DNA of 63,015 bases, filler included, from Welwitschia mirabilis (Eukaryota), in the NCBI GenBank assembly GCA_051453625.1. It is 6 parts of one record of this genome, joined end to end, with 100 filler letters (N's around TTAATTAATTAA, not from the genome) between each part and the next. Parts side by side here need not be neighbours in the genome. Positions count along the whole stretch, not along the records: positions 23,494 to 29,172 come from JBOZIK010000001.1; positions 29,273 to 38,356 come from JBOZIK010000001.1; positions 38,457 to 46,729 come from JBOZIK010000001.1; 3 more parts are not named here. One strand, 5' to 3'. This document shows positions 27,341 to 41,941 of the stretch, piece by piece (the stretch's first letter is position 1; every line of letters starts with the position of its first letter). Below the pieces are notes generated by a model. The model ran no database searches. It saw nothing but the letters and a program-made list of their open reading frames with translations, and had not been told where the DNA came from. The position numbers and the translations under genes are program-made.

Positions 27341-27852
27341 ATCAATTATTTCATGTAAATCAATATTTTAGGAAAGATTTTGATAAAACAAAATGTTATT
27401 CTATCAAATCTATTAAAACCCCTAGTTTTTGTAATCAATTTAACTATCATAAAAGTGATCTGTAGGTCAGTACACTAATCTTTAGCTGATTACAAGGTAG
27501 TTGACCAGATTTATGATTCAGTCGACTGAATATGGTTAGTTAACTAACCTAAGAGCTTCGTTTCCTGAATCCCTTCTAGTATTATAGGTCTGTGTCTTAA
27601 TAGATTGACTGAAAATTTGAGTGGTTGACCAGACTTGATGGATTATAGTGTAGAAGTATAGTCGATGGACTTATTTCTTTCTTAAATCCACCATATTTCC
27701 TTTAGTCTATAAAAGAGATAGAATTATAACTTATTTTTATTTGGCTCTAGTGCCTCCTAGCTCTCAGATCCAGTGCTTGTCTATCAAGATCTAGAGCTCT
27801 TATTTTTAGATCTAGTATTTTTCTTAGTTCTTCTTTTTCTAAAAGTCTTAGA

Positions 27853-28888
27853 ATGGCTACAAGTTCTTCTAGGAGAAGAGAAAAGGAAGTCACTTCAAGA
27901 GAACCTTTATACTTCTACCAAGGAATGTCTGAAGAAGACATTAACAAGTTCTCTAATAAGTTTGAGAAGAAAGCTATGTGTCAAGAGTGATCTGTAACCA
28001 CATCAGAACTTAGGAAACTCAGTGAATTCATCAGCTTTTAAGAGATCAAGATCTGGACTATTTCTTGGATGTTTCAGGTCTTGCTTATCCTTTTCTTACT
28101 AGAATTTTTTTTGTAATTCTTCTTTTGACCATGATTCTAGGACTCTTAAAACCCTTATTTTGGATAAGAATTAAGAGTGACAACAAGTTATATCTCTTAG
28201 CTAACTAATTTCTAAGAGGAGACTATGAGGATTTTTGGCCTACCAGAGACACCATGAAAGAAAAGCCAGTAATTACTAGGGATCTTTATTATAAAGTGCA
28301 TTCTTGGAAGCACATGTTATCTACTTCCTTATTGACTCCTAAATATCATTTCATCCATTTTATCTTTACTCATAACTTTCTTCCTTTAGTTGACCATTGT
28401 GGTGAGGCCTCTTGCTACCGAGCATATTTGATTTATTTAGTAGGTACACAACATTCCATTGATGCTCCTGGTATAATATTGAAAAATATGGCCTCGTAGT
28501 TGGAGCATTATAGAACTAGGGTCTAATCTACTCTATGCTTATCACCAGTATCTCTTGCCATTTTTATGTTAATATTTATTCTAAGTTGAAATCTTTTTAG
28601 CTTATGTTACCCATGAAACGTGTGACTTTATCTGGCATGCATATCTTTGCCTCCTCCAAGAAATCCCCTTCTAAAACTCCAAAGGAAGCATCTCTAGATG
28701 AGAATCTTTCATATCTGAAGTGGATTGATTCTCATACTAGACACATGAAAGAAGCCCTCATTGTAGCTCAATATGACATTGCAGATACCTTAGCTGAGGC
28801 TACCAGCTTTGCTCATACTAGAGGAGATTAAGGAAATTCAAAGCAAGAATCTGAATAGGAGGAAGAAGAAGAGGAAGAATCAGACTAA
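27853..28888 (+). pseudogene. Env-like/extra ORF of SIRE-1 (degenerate)
   Basis: Starts MATSSSRRREKEV; contains AYPFLTRIFFCN and LLTPKYHFIHFIFTHNFLP; ends in an acidic tail EEEEEEESD*. It lies after the pol position, as in Sireviruses. Confidence 0.7.
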
Positions 28889-29216
28889 AATTTCTTGTCT
28901 TTTTACATAAATTTTATATTATTCTATCTTTTGGTTTTGTTATTAAAAAGAGATATTTATGCTTATTTGTGAAATATTTCAGATGTATGCTCTTGATGAG
29001 CACTTTTTATTTTTCATCTAGAATCCTTGTAATGATTTGTTTCTTTAATGAAAATCAATTATATATTTGAGTACAATCTTTGCATCATTTGGTATTTCTA
29101 AGTTTATAGCATAAAATTTTATTGTACCTATTTTTAGAAAGTATTAAATTCATTATCTCAATTGAGAATGAANNNNNNNNNNNNNNNNNNNNNNNNNNNN
29201 NNNNNNNNNNNNNNNN

Positions 29217-29228
29217 TTAATTAATTAA
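29217..29228. other. Artificial assembly linker TTAATTAATTAA
   Basis: N44-linker-N44. Confidence 0.97.
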
Positions 29229-32200
29229 NNNNNNNNNNNNNNNNNNNNNNNNNNNNNNNNNNNNNNNNNNNNATAATAACAACCCCCCCCCCCCCCCCCC
29301 CCAAACCCCATCCAAACCTTGGCTTCCCAACCCTAAGTTACTAGTATTAGTATTATGCTTTTCCATATTGAGTTATGAAATAACCTCCAAATAAATATTA
29401 AAGCTCTAATCATAGGAAACATCTCAATCATGAGTAATGGATAAAAGATAGAGAACATACTCTAGAGGTTTGAAGAATGAATGAATGCAAGAGTTGCAAA
29501 ATATGGGATATAAATATTCTTGAAGGATATTACATAATAGCCATGGTAATGAAGTTTTTCTCTACAAAATTTAAAAATGTAATATTAAAGAAATTCAAAG
29601 CCTATAACTCATAAGTAGAGAACTTTATGGGTTTCAAAGTTGGCCTATCCGTATTTTTTATTGCCAGGATGAATCAATAGAAGTAGGGGAGCATGTCATA
29701 TCCCATATTTTGTAAACCTCATTTACATGAATAATAAGTATGTTAAGTTTTCAGTCAAATAAATGATTATCCTTATTTAAGTTCCTTATCAAATAAGGTG
29801 TCATTTTAAAATTAACCTTAGTTTGTAATCCTTATAACTTATTATTAAAATGATAAAAATTGTGTTAAAAGGATTTTATAAGAAAATATACCCAAATAAT
29901 TAAAATTAGATAATTCCATTATATGAGGAATTAAAATTACATGATAAAACTAATCAATTAGAAGTTTCAAGAGGACATAATAATACATTTTGCATCTTAT
30001 TTACTCATTTATATTCTTGGTAAATGTGATATTTGTACTATATTATATTTCATTCCTTATGTTATTTGATTGATATATGTTATGTATTTTGAAATAAATG
30101 AGCATTTAAACAAGTACATGCACTCTTACCTAGAATAAAGAATGATAAATGAGTAGATTTTCTCTACGATGAATTTTACATTCATGAGATGTGTAAGGAC
30201 ACTTCTTTCATTTAGTTTATTGATGCATGTATTTGGATTAATTAAATTTACTTATGAACCTATGAAGGATTAAAAAGAACTAGCATGAGAAACTGATGTA
30301 TGTAATTAAACTTACTAATAAAATGAAGAAGATTACTCATTCTAGTTAAGTGCATGAGTCATAAATATGATCACTTTATGTACTCTAATGTCACATATTA
30401 CGTATCCCAGTTATCAATGCTAAATCATGTGATATCGTGATCTTGAGCTATGTGCCTTTGTTTGTCTATATATAGAGATCATTTCCTCCCTTGTAAAAAG
30501 GAGATACTTTTGTTTTATTTCATGTAAGTACATTTCTTCTTTCATCTCTATCTCTTACTCTCTTTTTTTAATTCTCNNNNNNNNNNNNNNNNNNNNNNNN
30601 NNNNNNNNNNCTTAGAAGCTTAGAGTTAAGAAACTCTTAAGCTTGGATCTTCATCATCTACAACTATCAAGGTCTTACTAATCTTTCTAAGTAAGCTCCT
30701 TACCTTATTCTTCTTATAATCTTATTTCTCTATTAGAATGATTTGATATTTTATTATGGAATTATTTATGTCTTTTATTCAATTATGTTATAAAATATTT
30801 TCCCCTCCCATTGGCACCACATCAAGATGTTATAGTAATATATGAGGGGGTCTCTTATGCATGGTGATGGTGGATTACTAATGGGTATCCATAAAAAAAA
30901 AAGAAACAAAAAAAATGAAAGTTAGGTATACATGTTTATTTTATTTTTATATTTATTTTTATCTATTATGCATTAAAACCATCTTATTATAGGCAAAACT
31001 GATCCTCAAATTTTCTTTAGGCTAGTACTCTTTCATGGAAAATCTTAAAGTTTAAAGTAAATGTTTTTTTAAATTGATTTTATTTTTATTTTTTTCTTTC
31101 TATAATGATTCTTTTATTTTTTATAATTGATTTATCTTTCTCTATTAATTATTTAGTATATTAATTATTTTGCTGATCTAAGTTATTAGTTAAGTAATTG
31201 TAGAAACTTTATCATATTTTTGTTATGGTGAAAATTAAATTTCCAGAATAGAGGCATAGGATAAAAATACCATATCTTATTAATTAATATATATAAATTA
31301 GTGAACTTTATCTATAAGATTAGGGTAGTTTTATAAATGGAAAAATGTAAAAATAGTAATTTTTCTAATAAGTAATTATTTTTAAAATATTTATTTATTA
31401 AACTACATTAGAAAATAAATGCAGGAAATAGTACCCATGAATATATTTAAAAACTTAAGTATCTGAAGTTGTAGAAAATGGAATATGATTTTCAAAACAT
31501 CTTGAATCATTCAAAAATTCAAAGTATAATAAAAGCTATGATAATTTTAGTCTAGGATCGTAGGACTATAATTTGAGAAAATTTGGCAATTTTTAGCCTT
31601 AAATGATAAACATAAAAATAATACTTTTATAATTCTAAAATAGTTGAAGTTAGATTCTAAGCAAGCTATTATGTATCTAGTTTCTAAAAACGAACTACTA
31701 TAATTTAAGTTTTGCTTCATAATTAATTAATTATTAATTTTTAATTATGATGCCTCCTTAAGGATTAAAAATATTATAATTAATGTTTAAAATTATATAA
31801 AAATTATTACACAACATCTTATAGGGAAATGAAATATATAAAATATGTTTCTATTAGTAAAGGTAAGTTAAATTATCTATAATTGGTATTTAATTATAGA
31901 CATACCTCTTTTATCCTTTTTCCTTAGCTTATTTCTAATGTGCATGCTTATAAGTGTTTTTACCTTAGTAGTTAAGTAACATAAGTAGTCTCTAGCTTAT
32001 TTCTTATTTTATTGACTTATAATATAGCCACATGAAAACTTGAATAAATACTTATATCTTAACAATTATGCTTGAGTTATACTTTATTTTGTTTACCTTC
32101 TTTACACCAATCCAAGGAGGTTGTCACATAAGCATGGAAGAGGTTTCTAAGATTGGCATAGCTCTAAGTATGTTTTAATTTATTTAAGTATTTTTTTAAT

Positions 32201-34490
32201 TATTATTAAAAGAAAAAGAAAAGAAAATATTATTTCCTTTATCTAGATTTTTATTGTTATAGTCTTGGAAAAAAAAAGAAATGTTATTGTATTCTTGCTT
32301 TTTTTTAATGGTTGTTTCTATAAAATGAACTGAATGATGATTAGCATTATTATAAATAGGTAAGTTATTTATTAAATATTCATATTAGTTAGAATTATTT
32401 ACATGCATTTGTATGTTGTATTCATTAGATAGGACTAAATCAAGATAATTCTAATAATGTTTATCCTCACACTTGGATTTCATCATCAAGATGGGTTGCA
32501 TTACATTTTTTTTATAATACCCTTCTAGAAGTGGATTTAATTATCACTCTCCTATTCTACCCATGCGTTAACTTACTTTTACTTAATATCTCAAGCCCTT
32601 AGCATTGATGGATCATGCTGCATCATCTGGAGATGTTTCAAGGAAGCAGGACCATTTGTAAGCATGCATCCACCTCACGTACTTCCTGTTACTTGTATTG
32701 ATAACATATAAGGTGAAGTGAAAGCCTATGGAGTTAAGCCTAGTCATGTTTTTATAGNNNNNNNNNNNNNNNNNNNNNNNNNNNNNNNNNNNNNNNNNNN
32801 NNNNNNNNNNNNNNNNNNNNNNNNNNNNNNNNNNNNNNNNNNNNNNNNNNNNNNNNNNNNNNNNNNNNNNNNNNNNNNNNNNNNNNNNNNNNNNNNNNNN
32901 NNNNNNNNNNNNNNNNNNNNNNNNNNNNNNNNNNNNNNNNNNNNNNNNNNNNNNNNNNNNNNNNNNNNNNNNNNNNNNNNNNNNNNNNNNNNNNNNNNNN
33001 NNNNNNNNNNNNNNNNNNNNNNNNNNNNNNNNNNNNNNNNNNNNNNNNNNNNNNNNNNNNNNNNNNNNNNNNNNNNNNNNNNNNNNNNNNNNNNNNNNNN
33101 NNNNNNNNNNNNNNNNNNNNNNNNNNNNNNNNNNNNNNNNNNNNNNNNNNNNNNNNNNNNNNNNNNNNNNNNNNNNNNNNNNNNNNNNNNNNNNNNNNNN
33201 NNNNNNNNNNNNNNNNNNNNNNNNNNNNNNNNNNNNNNNNNNNNNNNNNNNNNNNNNNNNNNNNNNNNNNNNNNNNNNNNNNNNNNNNNNNNNNNNNNNN
33301 NNNNNNNNNNNNNNNNNNNNNNNNNNNNNNNNNNNNNNNNNNNNNNNNNNNNNNNNNNNNNNNNNNNNNNNNNNNNNNNNNNNNNNNNNNNNNNNNNNNN
33401 NNNNNNNNNNNNNNNNNNNNNNNNNNNNNNNNNNNNNNNNNNNNNNNNNNNNNNNNNNNNNNNNNNNNNNNNNNNNNNNNNNNNNNNNNNNNNNNNNNNN
33501 NNNNTATAACCTCTTATTATATTAGTTAGGCATTATCCTTAAAATTTATCCATGTATGTTGATAATAAGTTTACATCTTCTTCACTATTAATAAGATATC
33601 TTTTATGTGATAAAAAACTAGGAACAAATAAAGGACATAAACTTATGACATCACTATTCGTTGTAAAATGAAATAACTTAGAAATAATTATATGTAAATA
33701 TATGATACTAATATGATTTCTCTTTCTTAAACTATAGAAATTCTAATTAAGCAGTAAGTAGAATTTAGTCCTAAGTTTCACTATGCTTATCAAGTAAAAA
33801 TATTAAAGAAGAAAGAAAATTATTAAAAATAAAAAAGGAAAAAAGTTCTTAATTAGAATAAATAAAATAGGATATCATAAACGTGCCACAAGATAAACTA
33901 AAAGAATTCTTAATGGAAGCCAAATCTAAATTAGGATGACAAAAGGATTGAGTTATTAGATAATAAGAAGAAAAAATATTAAAAAAATCAAATAAACTTT
34001 CTGAAGGCAAAATTGAGCATAAGGATAAAATAGAAGGTTCAAAATAGTTGAACTTAAAGTCCAACTAAACTCTTCTTAGATCACTAAATCACAAACTTCT
34101 TCATATAAAAATTAGAGGCTATAAGAAAACCAACAAATATAAGTAAAGGCTTTGAAATTCATACCTTTAAACTAATAATCTATGAACTTAAAGAAAAATT
34201 GATGTTAATAGATGTCAACTTAAGTAAGAAGCCCATGGAGTTATAAAAAAGATGAATGAATGCAATTAAAAAAGATAAATAAATAAATCAATTATAAAAC
34301 TAAGAAAAGAACTTAGCTAAACCCAAAAAACCTAACAAAATAACTAAATCAATAAAGAAAATGGACCTTCTACCACTCTAATTTTATTCTTTAATTATCA
34401 TTAATGTAATAGTAATGAGATCTGAGATGATATAGAATTAACCTTGATTTGATGTTAATAGGTACTAAATTGATAGTATAATAATTTGTT

Positions 34491-34807
34491 GTGATAAGCC
34501 TGTGGAACTTACACTAGTCATCTTGATTCTCATGTAGATCAGGTTAGCAGTTTACAACATAAAGGAGGTTCAAAGATTCTAAATAGATAATTCATATGGC
34601 CCATAAAAAATACCTCAATTGTCATGTAGGTTAAAGAAATACTTTATAACATAATGGGACATTAGGGTTCTAACTAGATCAACTGTGAGATCAATAGAAG
34701 CCATCTTAATGCTCATGTAATCCATGTTAGTAGTTCATAACATAGTGAAACATTGAGGTTCTAACTATACAACATACATTACCCACAAAAGGTATCTTAA
34801 ATGTCAT
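34491..34807 (+). repeat. 91-bp tandem array, left part (~3.5 units)
   Basis: Same monomer as 41942-45270; cut mid-unit by the LTR at 34808. Confidence 0.9.
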
Positions 34808-35880
34808 TGTTGTGTCACCAACTTACATGTATTTGATAGGGTATTCTGAGTTATTTGTAGGTAAATTAGCAGATAAATACTTAGTTCCCATAATAATGAA
34901 GAACCGAGATGAAAATAATGAAAATATGCAATTTATAAATAAATTACAAGCATTTTATGCAAATATGGATAAATGATATTTTTGATGATAATTCCATCAA
35001 ACAACAAATTAATTGAACTGACTAAAGATTAATAAAAGACCATCTTCCACCTCATCATCCAGACATCAGTGTAGATGACATCTCCAACTGGTCGATAACA
35101 GTCAGATAGGTACTTAAACTAAGAGCAGACAAAGATCTATCTATCAGTTGGCATCGTATCCTATATTGTTCAGATGACCAATAGGATGACCCTATTTTCT
35201 CACACTTTTACCGAATGTTTACCCAAGTTATCATCACTTTATTACAACTTTTTTTTGCATGTTAGCTAGGGTTTTCTCCATGTTTTTCTATTAGTTCCCT
35301 TCTTTTTTATCCATAAATAAAGATCTCCCCCTCGATTCCTAATCATCTTCAATAGTACCCGACATACTTGTGATAGGAGATCGAAGGATTAGAGAACCAT
35401 TATATAATTTTAGACGTTCCCTTGGTGTTGGATAACATTTCCTCCATTGAGAAATGGCTACTTTGTAATGCAGATGTGATATCATTTTCAATAATAAAAT
35501 ATTTTATTTTATATTTAGATATTTGCATGATATTCTTCCTTATAGTTTATGTTATTTAAGATTCGGTGACAAGCTTCTTTTGTGATATAGATTATGAGGA
35601 TACCCTTTGTTAAGGTTGTGCTTGATTAGTTTAGGTGCATCGCTATTTCCATTTCTAGATTAAACTTGCATAACTATGCTTTATTTCATTTCTATGCATT
35701 ACAAATTATATATTTATATCTTAAAAGCAGCTCTTTTATTTCTATACTTTGGCCTTCAATGGATTATGTCATTCGGGTCACTCCCATCTATATTAGTGTG
35801 TTGTGTTTATACATCTTATTTGTGATTAATAGGATTTAGATCAAGATGTAAACATTACATAAATATGCACCATAACATCT

Positions 35881-35898
35881 TGGCGCAGTTGCCAGGAA
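35881..35898 (+). promoter_or_regulatory. Primer-binding site, tRNA-Asp type (Athila)
   Basis: TGGCGCAGTTGCCAGGAA versus the Athila consensus TGGCGCCGTTGCCGGGGA, 3 nt after the LTR end. Confidence 0.85.
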
Positions 35899-38400
35899 AG
35901 GCTGCTTAGAGTTTGAGAGTTGTCATTGCTTCAGTGAATATTCTGGATGTTTACTATAGCAGTGGTGTAACAGTACCTACTGTAAGTTTTTTTATTTTAG
36001 TTTTTTTCTATTCTGTTAATGCTTAACACTCCTCTATCATTCATACATCGTAGGTGGATGACATTCCCATTTCCCCTTTTTCCTTTCTGTGGTTTTCTAG
36101 GTTATCGTCCAGATAATGTACGAAATGGCATAGATCTAAGACAGAGTCTAAATAGTTAAAATTGGAAAAAGGGAAAAATACCAAAGAGAGTGACAGTTGA
36201 TTGCTAAAAACATTAGAGAAGGTTTGATAAATTTTGAAATAGAAACAAATCAAAATAGTGAAGGTACACAAGATTTAGAATTTCCTGCAATTTCTGCTTT
36301 TAATTCTGCAAAGTCTGATTTTCCTAATCATATCAATCTCTAACCAGAAACTTAAACAACTTGTATCTTCAAATCCACCCCTTATCATTGAAACCGTTAC
36401 TTCTACCCCTTCTCAACCCAATACTCATGCTATTTTNNNNNNNNNNNNNNNNNNNNNNNNNNNNNNNNNNNNNNNNNNNNNNNNNNNNNNNNNNNNNNNN
36501 NNNNNNNNNNNNNNNNNNNNNNNNNNNNNNNNNNNNTCTACCCCTTCTCAACCCAATACTCATGCTATTTTGAGAGATCTTATAGCAAACCAAAAACGTG
36601 AAATCCAAAATCCTTTCGACTTATCTCCTGATGATGATGTAAAACTTCAAAACTTGAATGCTTATCCTACCTTTAGTGGAGAGCCTGATGAAGATCCTTT
36701 ACAATGCATTGTCAAAATCAAATAACTTATTCTTACTTTCAGAAATGGTAAAAGATGAATAATTAATAGAACCTACATGGTTATCTTTCCCATCACCTTG
36801 AAAGACAAATCAAAACTTTGGCTTAGAACGATTCCCCATAAGAGCCTTAAATCTTGGAGTTAAGTTCAAGAAGCATTTATAAAGATATTCATGAGTAANN
36901 NNNNNNNNNNNNNNNNNNNNNNNNNNNNNNNNNNNNNNNNNNNNNNNNNNNNNNNNNNNNNNNNNNNNNNNNNNNNNNNNNNNNNNNNNNNNNNNNNNAA
37001 ATCCTTTTGACTTATCTCCTGATGATGATGTAAAACTTCGAAACTTGAATGCTTATCCTACCTTTAGTGAAGAGCCTGATGAAGATCCTTTACAGCGCAT
37101 TGTCAAAATCGAATAACTTATTCTTACTTTCAGAAATGGTAAAAGATGAATAATTGATAGAACCTACATGGTTATCTTTCCCATCACCTTGAAAGACAAA
37201 GCAAAACTTTGGCTTAGAACGATTCCCCATAAGAGCCTTAAATCTTGGAGTTAAGTTCAAGAAGCATTTATAAAGAGATTCATGAGTAAAACCACTATCC
37301 AGAAGCACAAGAAATAAGTCATAAACTTCCAACAATTACCTAATGAGGACTATACCTCCACTTATGAGTGATTTTTCATTGCTTTACATTCAAACCCCCT
37401 AGATGCCTTTCAGAGGTAGAGTTAATTGACTATTTTTATAGTGAATTGAATAGTCATACCAAGTACCTTATAGATTTTTCTTATGGATAAAACCTCTTAA
37501 ACCAAACCTTAGGAGACACTTGAAAGGTGTTGAAAGATTTAGTGGAAGTAAATGAAACTTGGCCTAAATCCTTCTTTAAAGAAAACTGAATAACAGCCAA
37601 ATCATTAAGGACTTAAAAGAAGTAAAACATAAGAAGAATAAAACCAAAATAGAAAATAAACCAACTAGTGTTATTAAGGATTTAACTTCTACCTTAGAGA
37701 AATACACCCAAATAATCCTTAATGCTAAAGTAGCAACTGAGAAGAGTGAAGCTATTGTTTCAACATGTGATTTATGTGAAGATAGTTACCATATCACAAA
37801 TGATTGCCCTTTACTTCCTACTTACAAAGAGAGAATCTATGAGGAAGTTTGAAGCTTTAACCAAAGACCTTTTAACTACATGCAAAATCATGACCAAAGA
37901 CAAGTCTAAAGTTATAATTTTCAAAATAGGATGAGTGAGTAACCAAATTCTAGAAGTTTCCAAACACATTGTCCTAACTTCTAGCCCTTCAGAAATAGAT
38001 TTGAACATCCAAATTTTTAATCCAACGATCCAAATAATTTAGCAAGCCCTTCCAACTCCCAAAACCATAGTGATCCTTTTAGGAATTCCATTGAGGATTT
38101 TAGAAAAACTCAAGAGAAAACAAAACATAGAAAATCTTGTAAGTATTTTATAATAGACCATGTTTGCCAATCAAATACCACAAGGGACCTTTGCCACTCA
38201 ATCTTTACCAAACTCTAACGAAGTATAAAAAGATTGTAAGATGGTGGTAAGGAGTGGAAATGACATAAATCCCCCTACTCATGAGGCTTCAACTTCACAA
38301 AATGATAAAAATGATAAGGAAGAGGACATAGAAATCCTAAAAAATAATTCCTTCCCNNNNNNNNNNNNNNNNNNNNNNNNNNNNNNNNNNNNNNNNNNNN

Positions 38401-38412
38401 TTAATTAATTAA
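38401..38412. other. Artificial assembly linker TTAATTAATTAA
   Basis: N44-linker-N44. Confidence 0.97.
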
Positions 38413-41400
38413 NNNNNNNNNNNNNNNNNNNNNNNNNNNNNNNNNNNNNNNNNNNNATTCACCTTCGTCTTTCTTGAATATGTGATCATGTAGGAATTTT
38501 ATTTGAAAAAAAAGAGAAAAAGAAAAGGTGAAATAACAGCCATAATGTTTTCTATTTTGTATCTTAAAAACATGGTCATCATGATATCCTACCGCAAGTA
38601 CACTGGGGTATATATTTTCGAGAGGAATCTTTAGCAATGTAATATAGTAGCTGTGGGAACTCCATTGGGGGGTTAGTTGGCCATGCTTTAAGGGTCCATA
38701 CCCCTCTAACAGTGGTTGCACTTCCCTCATCATGGCAAAAAAAATAAAAATTTTAGTATTCCCACTTGATCATTTCACTTTTGGAGATTCAAGTGAGTTT
38801 GTAGGTAGAAGTAGGTGAGTCTATTTCTTAGTAACTTTTGATTTTGACCTTCATTGTTCTACACACTTGACACTTTAGATATCACCATAATCACTACCTT
38901 TTCAAATGAACTTTATATAGTTAATACATTTTGTCATGCATATTTACTCAGGTGATGTTATGATATTTTTCTTAGTAGTTTGCTATGTTAGTACTTAGGA
39001 TAGGTAAACAATATTTTCCTTGTTTTTTGTGTTTATTTTCACTCTAGTTTTCTTCTATTTTTAAGTCTCTTATTTCAAAGTTATTTCCACATTTTCATAT
39101 TTCTTCTTCAGACTTTAATCATTTAGTAGTTTTCTTACTATTTAATCATGATAAAATGTTTTTTTTCTTCCTTTCTTTTTTCCATGGTACAGTAATTCAG
39201 GATGCATTGTATATTTTAGGAAGGGGGTAGGACACATTTTCAGTATTTTTGAAACTTTTTATCAATTATGAGAATCATTATTATAGATCCTCCTTCCTTT
39301 TAACCCGTTACTGAGCCAGGATTCATCATGCATAAATGAGGNNNNNNNNNNNNNNNNNNNNNNNNNNNNNNNNNNNNNNNNNNNNNNNNNNNNNNNNNNG
39401 GGTATTTATCATGATTACTCGATTAACAGAAAAAATTTATTTCTTTACAGACACCAATTTTGAAAAACCTTTGTAAAATCCTGTTGTCTCTATCCTCATT
39501 CAGATGACAAACTGAATAACTAACTATTTTATACTTTGTAGGTATTTTTGTTTAGTATTTTGAATTTTCCAGAAATTCAGTTTATCTTCAGAATATGCTG
39601 CAAATCTTTTTTAGATAATTTCTTTAGATATCCTAGCTATTTTTATTGCCTAAAAAGTTGGCTCACAAATGTGGTTTACTGCCTAGTTTTGTCAGGGACT
39701 GACAAGGATAAGTGGAGGGCTATGTTGCACCACCAACTTACATGTATTTGATAGAGATTCTGAGTTGTTTTGTAGGTAAATTAGTAGATAAATGCTTAGT
39801 TCCCATGATAATCAAGAACTGGGATGAAAAGAATGAAAACATGCAATTTCCAAATAAATTATAAGCATTTTGTGCAGATATGGATAAATTATATTTTGGA
39901 TGATAATTCCTACAAATAACAAAGTGATTGAACTGACTGAAGATTGATAAAAGACCATCATCCACCTCATTGTTTGGATGTCAGTGCAGATGACATCTTC
40001 AACTGATTGATAATAGTCAAACAGGAAGTTAAGCTGAGAGAAAACAAAGATCTATCTATCAGTTGACCTCGTCTCCTATATTGTCTAGAGGACTAGTAGG
40101 ATAACACTGTTTTCTCATACTTTTACTAAATGTTCATCTAAGTTATTGCCACTTTATTATGACTTTTCTTTACATATCAACTAGAGTTTTTCCCATGATT
40201 TTCCATCAGTTCCCTTTCTTTTCTATCTATAAATAAAGATCTCTACCTCAATTCCTAAACATCTTTAATAGTACTCGACATACACATGATAGGAGATCAA
40301 AGGACTAGAGAAGAATTCTGTACTTTCAGAGAGACATTCCCTTGGTATTGAGCGATGTTTCATCCATTGAGAAATGGATACTTTATAATGCAGATGTGAT
40401 ATCATTTTCAATAATAAAATATTTTCTTTTATGTTTAGATACATGCATGATCTTCTCCCTCATAGTTTATGTTATTTTAGATTCAGTGATAAGCTTCTTT
40501 TATGATATAGATTATAAGAGCAACCTTTGTTAAGGTTGTTCTTGGTTAGTTTAGGTGCATCACTATTTCCTTTCCTAGATTAGACTTTATACAAGTGTGT
40601 TTTATTTCATTTTCAGGTATTACAAATTATTTCTGTAAGTTAGGGTTACTATATTTTTATCTTGAAAGCAACTCTTTTATTTCTATACTTTAGCCTTCAA
40701 CGAATTATGGAATTTAAATCACTCCCATCTATATTAGTGTGTTATGTTTGTGCATATAATTTGTGATTAACAGGCTTCAGGTTAGGACATAAATATTACA
40801 TAATTACACAATGCAACATCTTGGCATCATTGCTAGGGAAGGCTACTTGGAGTTCAAGAGTTGTTATTGCTTTAGTAAATATTCCTGATGTTTGCTGCAA
40901 TAACGGTGTAACAGTACCTGCTATAAGTTTTTTTTATTTCAGTCTTTTCTATTAAATTTTTACAATATCAGTATCATCATCCCCTCAGTCGTCTAGATGT
41001 CATAGCAGATGGCAGTCTTATTTTCTTCTTTTTCTTTTCTTATGGTTTCTATGTTTTTTTTCATCCAGGTTATCGTCTGGACGACATACAAGATGATACT
41101 TTCACAGATCCAAGATAGAGAATGAATGGTGAGGATTAAAAAAAAAAAAAGAAAAATACCAGAGAGAGTAACTATTAATTACTAAAAACATCAGAGGAGG
41201 TTTGAGAAATTTTGAAATAGAAACAAATCAAAATAATGAAGATATGCAAGATTTTGAAATTCCTGTAATTTCCACTTTTTCTACAGAGTCTGATTTTGCT
41301 ATCATGTCGACCTCTAATCAAAAACTTTAAACAACCTGTCTCTCAAAGTCCACCCCCTGTCATTAAAACCCTTACTTTTATTCCTTCTCAACCTAATACT

Positions 41401-41941
41401 CATACTACTTTGAAAGATCTTATAGCAATAAAAAACATAAAATCCAAAATCCTTTCGAATTGTCTCCAAGTAATGACATAAAACTTCGAAACTTGAATGC
41501 TTACCTTACCTTTAGTGAAGAGCCTGATGAAGATCCTTTACAACACATCGCTGAAGTCAAGCAACTTATTCTTACTTCCAGAAATGGTAAAAAATGAATA
41601 AGTGATAGAACCTACATGGTTATCTTTTCNNNNNNNNNNNNNNNNNNNNNNNNNNNNNNNNNNNNNNNNNNNNNNNNNNNNNNNNNNNNNNNNNNNNNNN
41701 NNNNNNNNNNNNNNNNNNNNNNNNNNNNNTTTATTTTCATGCATTGTAAATTATTTCTGTAGGTTAGGGTTACATATTTCTTTCTTAAAAGTAGCTCTTT
41801 TATTTCCATCCTTTGGCCTTCAACGGATTACAACATTTGAGTCACTCCCATCTATATTAGTGTTCTGTGTTTGTGGATATTATTTGTAATTAACAAGATT
41901 CAGATTAGGATATGAACATTGCATAAATATACACCACAATA

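Larger units (their letters stand above)
23238..29172 (+). mobile_element. Sirevirus-like copia SIRE-1: LTR, PBS-Met, full Gag, protease, no IN/RT/RH, env-like ORF
   Basis: LTR start TGTTAGATTATATTTTCCAATTGATG, the same as 46945 (-). LTR end ...CCCCAGGGTTCTTGATACTATCA at 25390. PBS TGGTATCAGA at 25393. Gag FDDLNYAYWKAKMRIFL, UBN2-like ORF 25752-25982, zinc knuckle CYSCKGFRNIANEC, protease WYLDNSCS (~27018). Confidence 0.9.
34808..41941 (+). mobile_element. Athila-like composite D with three LTRs (LTR-internal-LTR-internal-LTR) and TSD GTCAT
   Basis: LTR1 34808-35877 with PBS TGGCGCAGTTGCCAGGAA at 35881. Gag QNPFDLSPDDDVKLQNLNAYPTFSGEPDEDP. PPT then LTR2 39723-40818 with PBS at 40822. Second gag start ~41120-41629. 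LTR3 end 41730-41941. GTCAT at 34803-34807 and at 41942-41946. Confidence 0.85.

Noticed and set aside
29273-34480. Possible LTRs (~30192-30825; ~31220-32505 ending GGGTTGCATTACA) and an upstream extra ORF of the array-bearing element
   Set aside because: No partner LTR, clear PBS or recognisable domain in the window; too degenerate to call.
36401-37290. Near-identical direct duplications flanking gaps (also 47405-47915 and 53000-53318)
   Set aside because: Typical unmerged contig overlaps or haplotypes, not credible tandem duplications.
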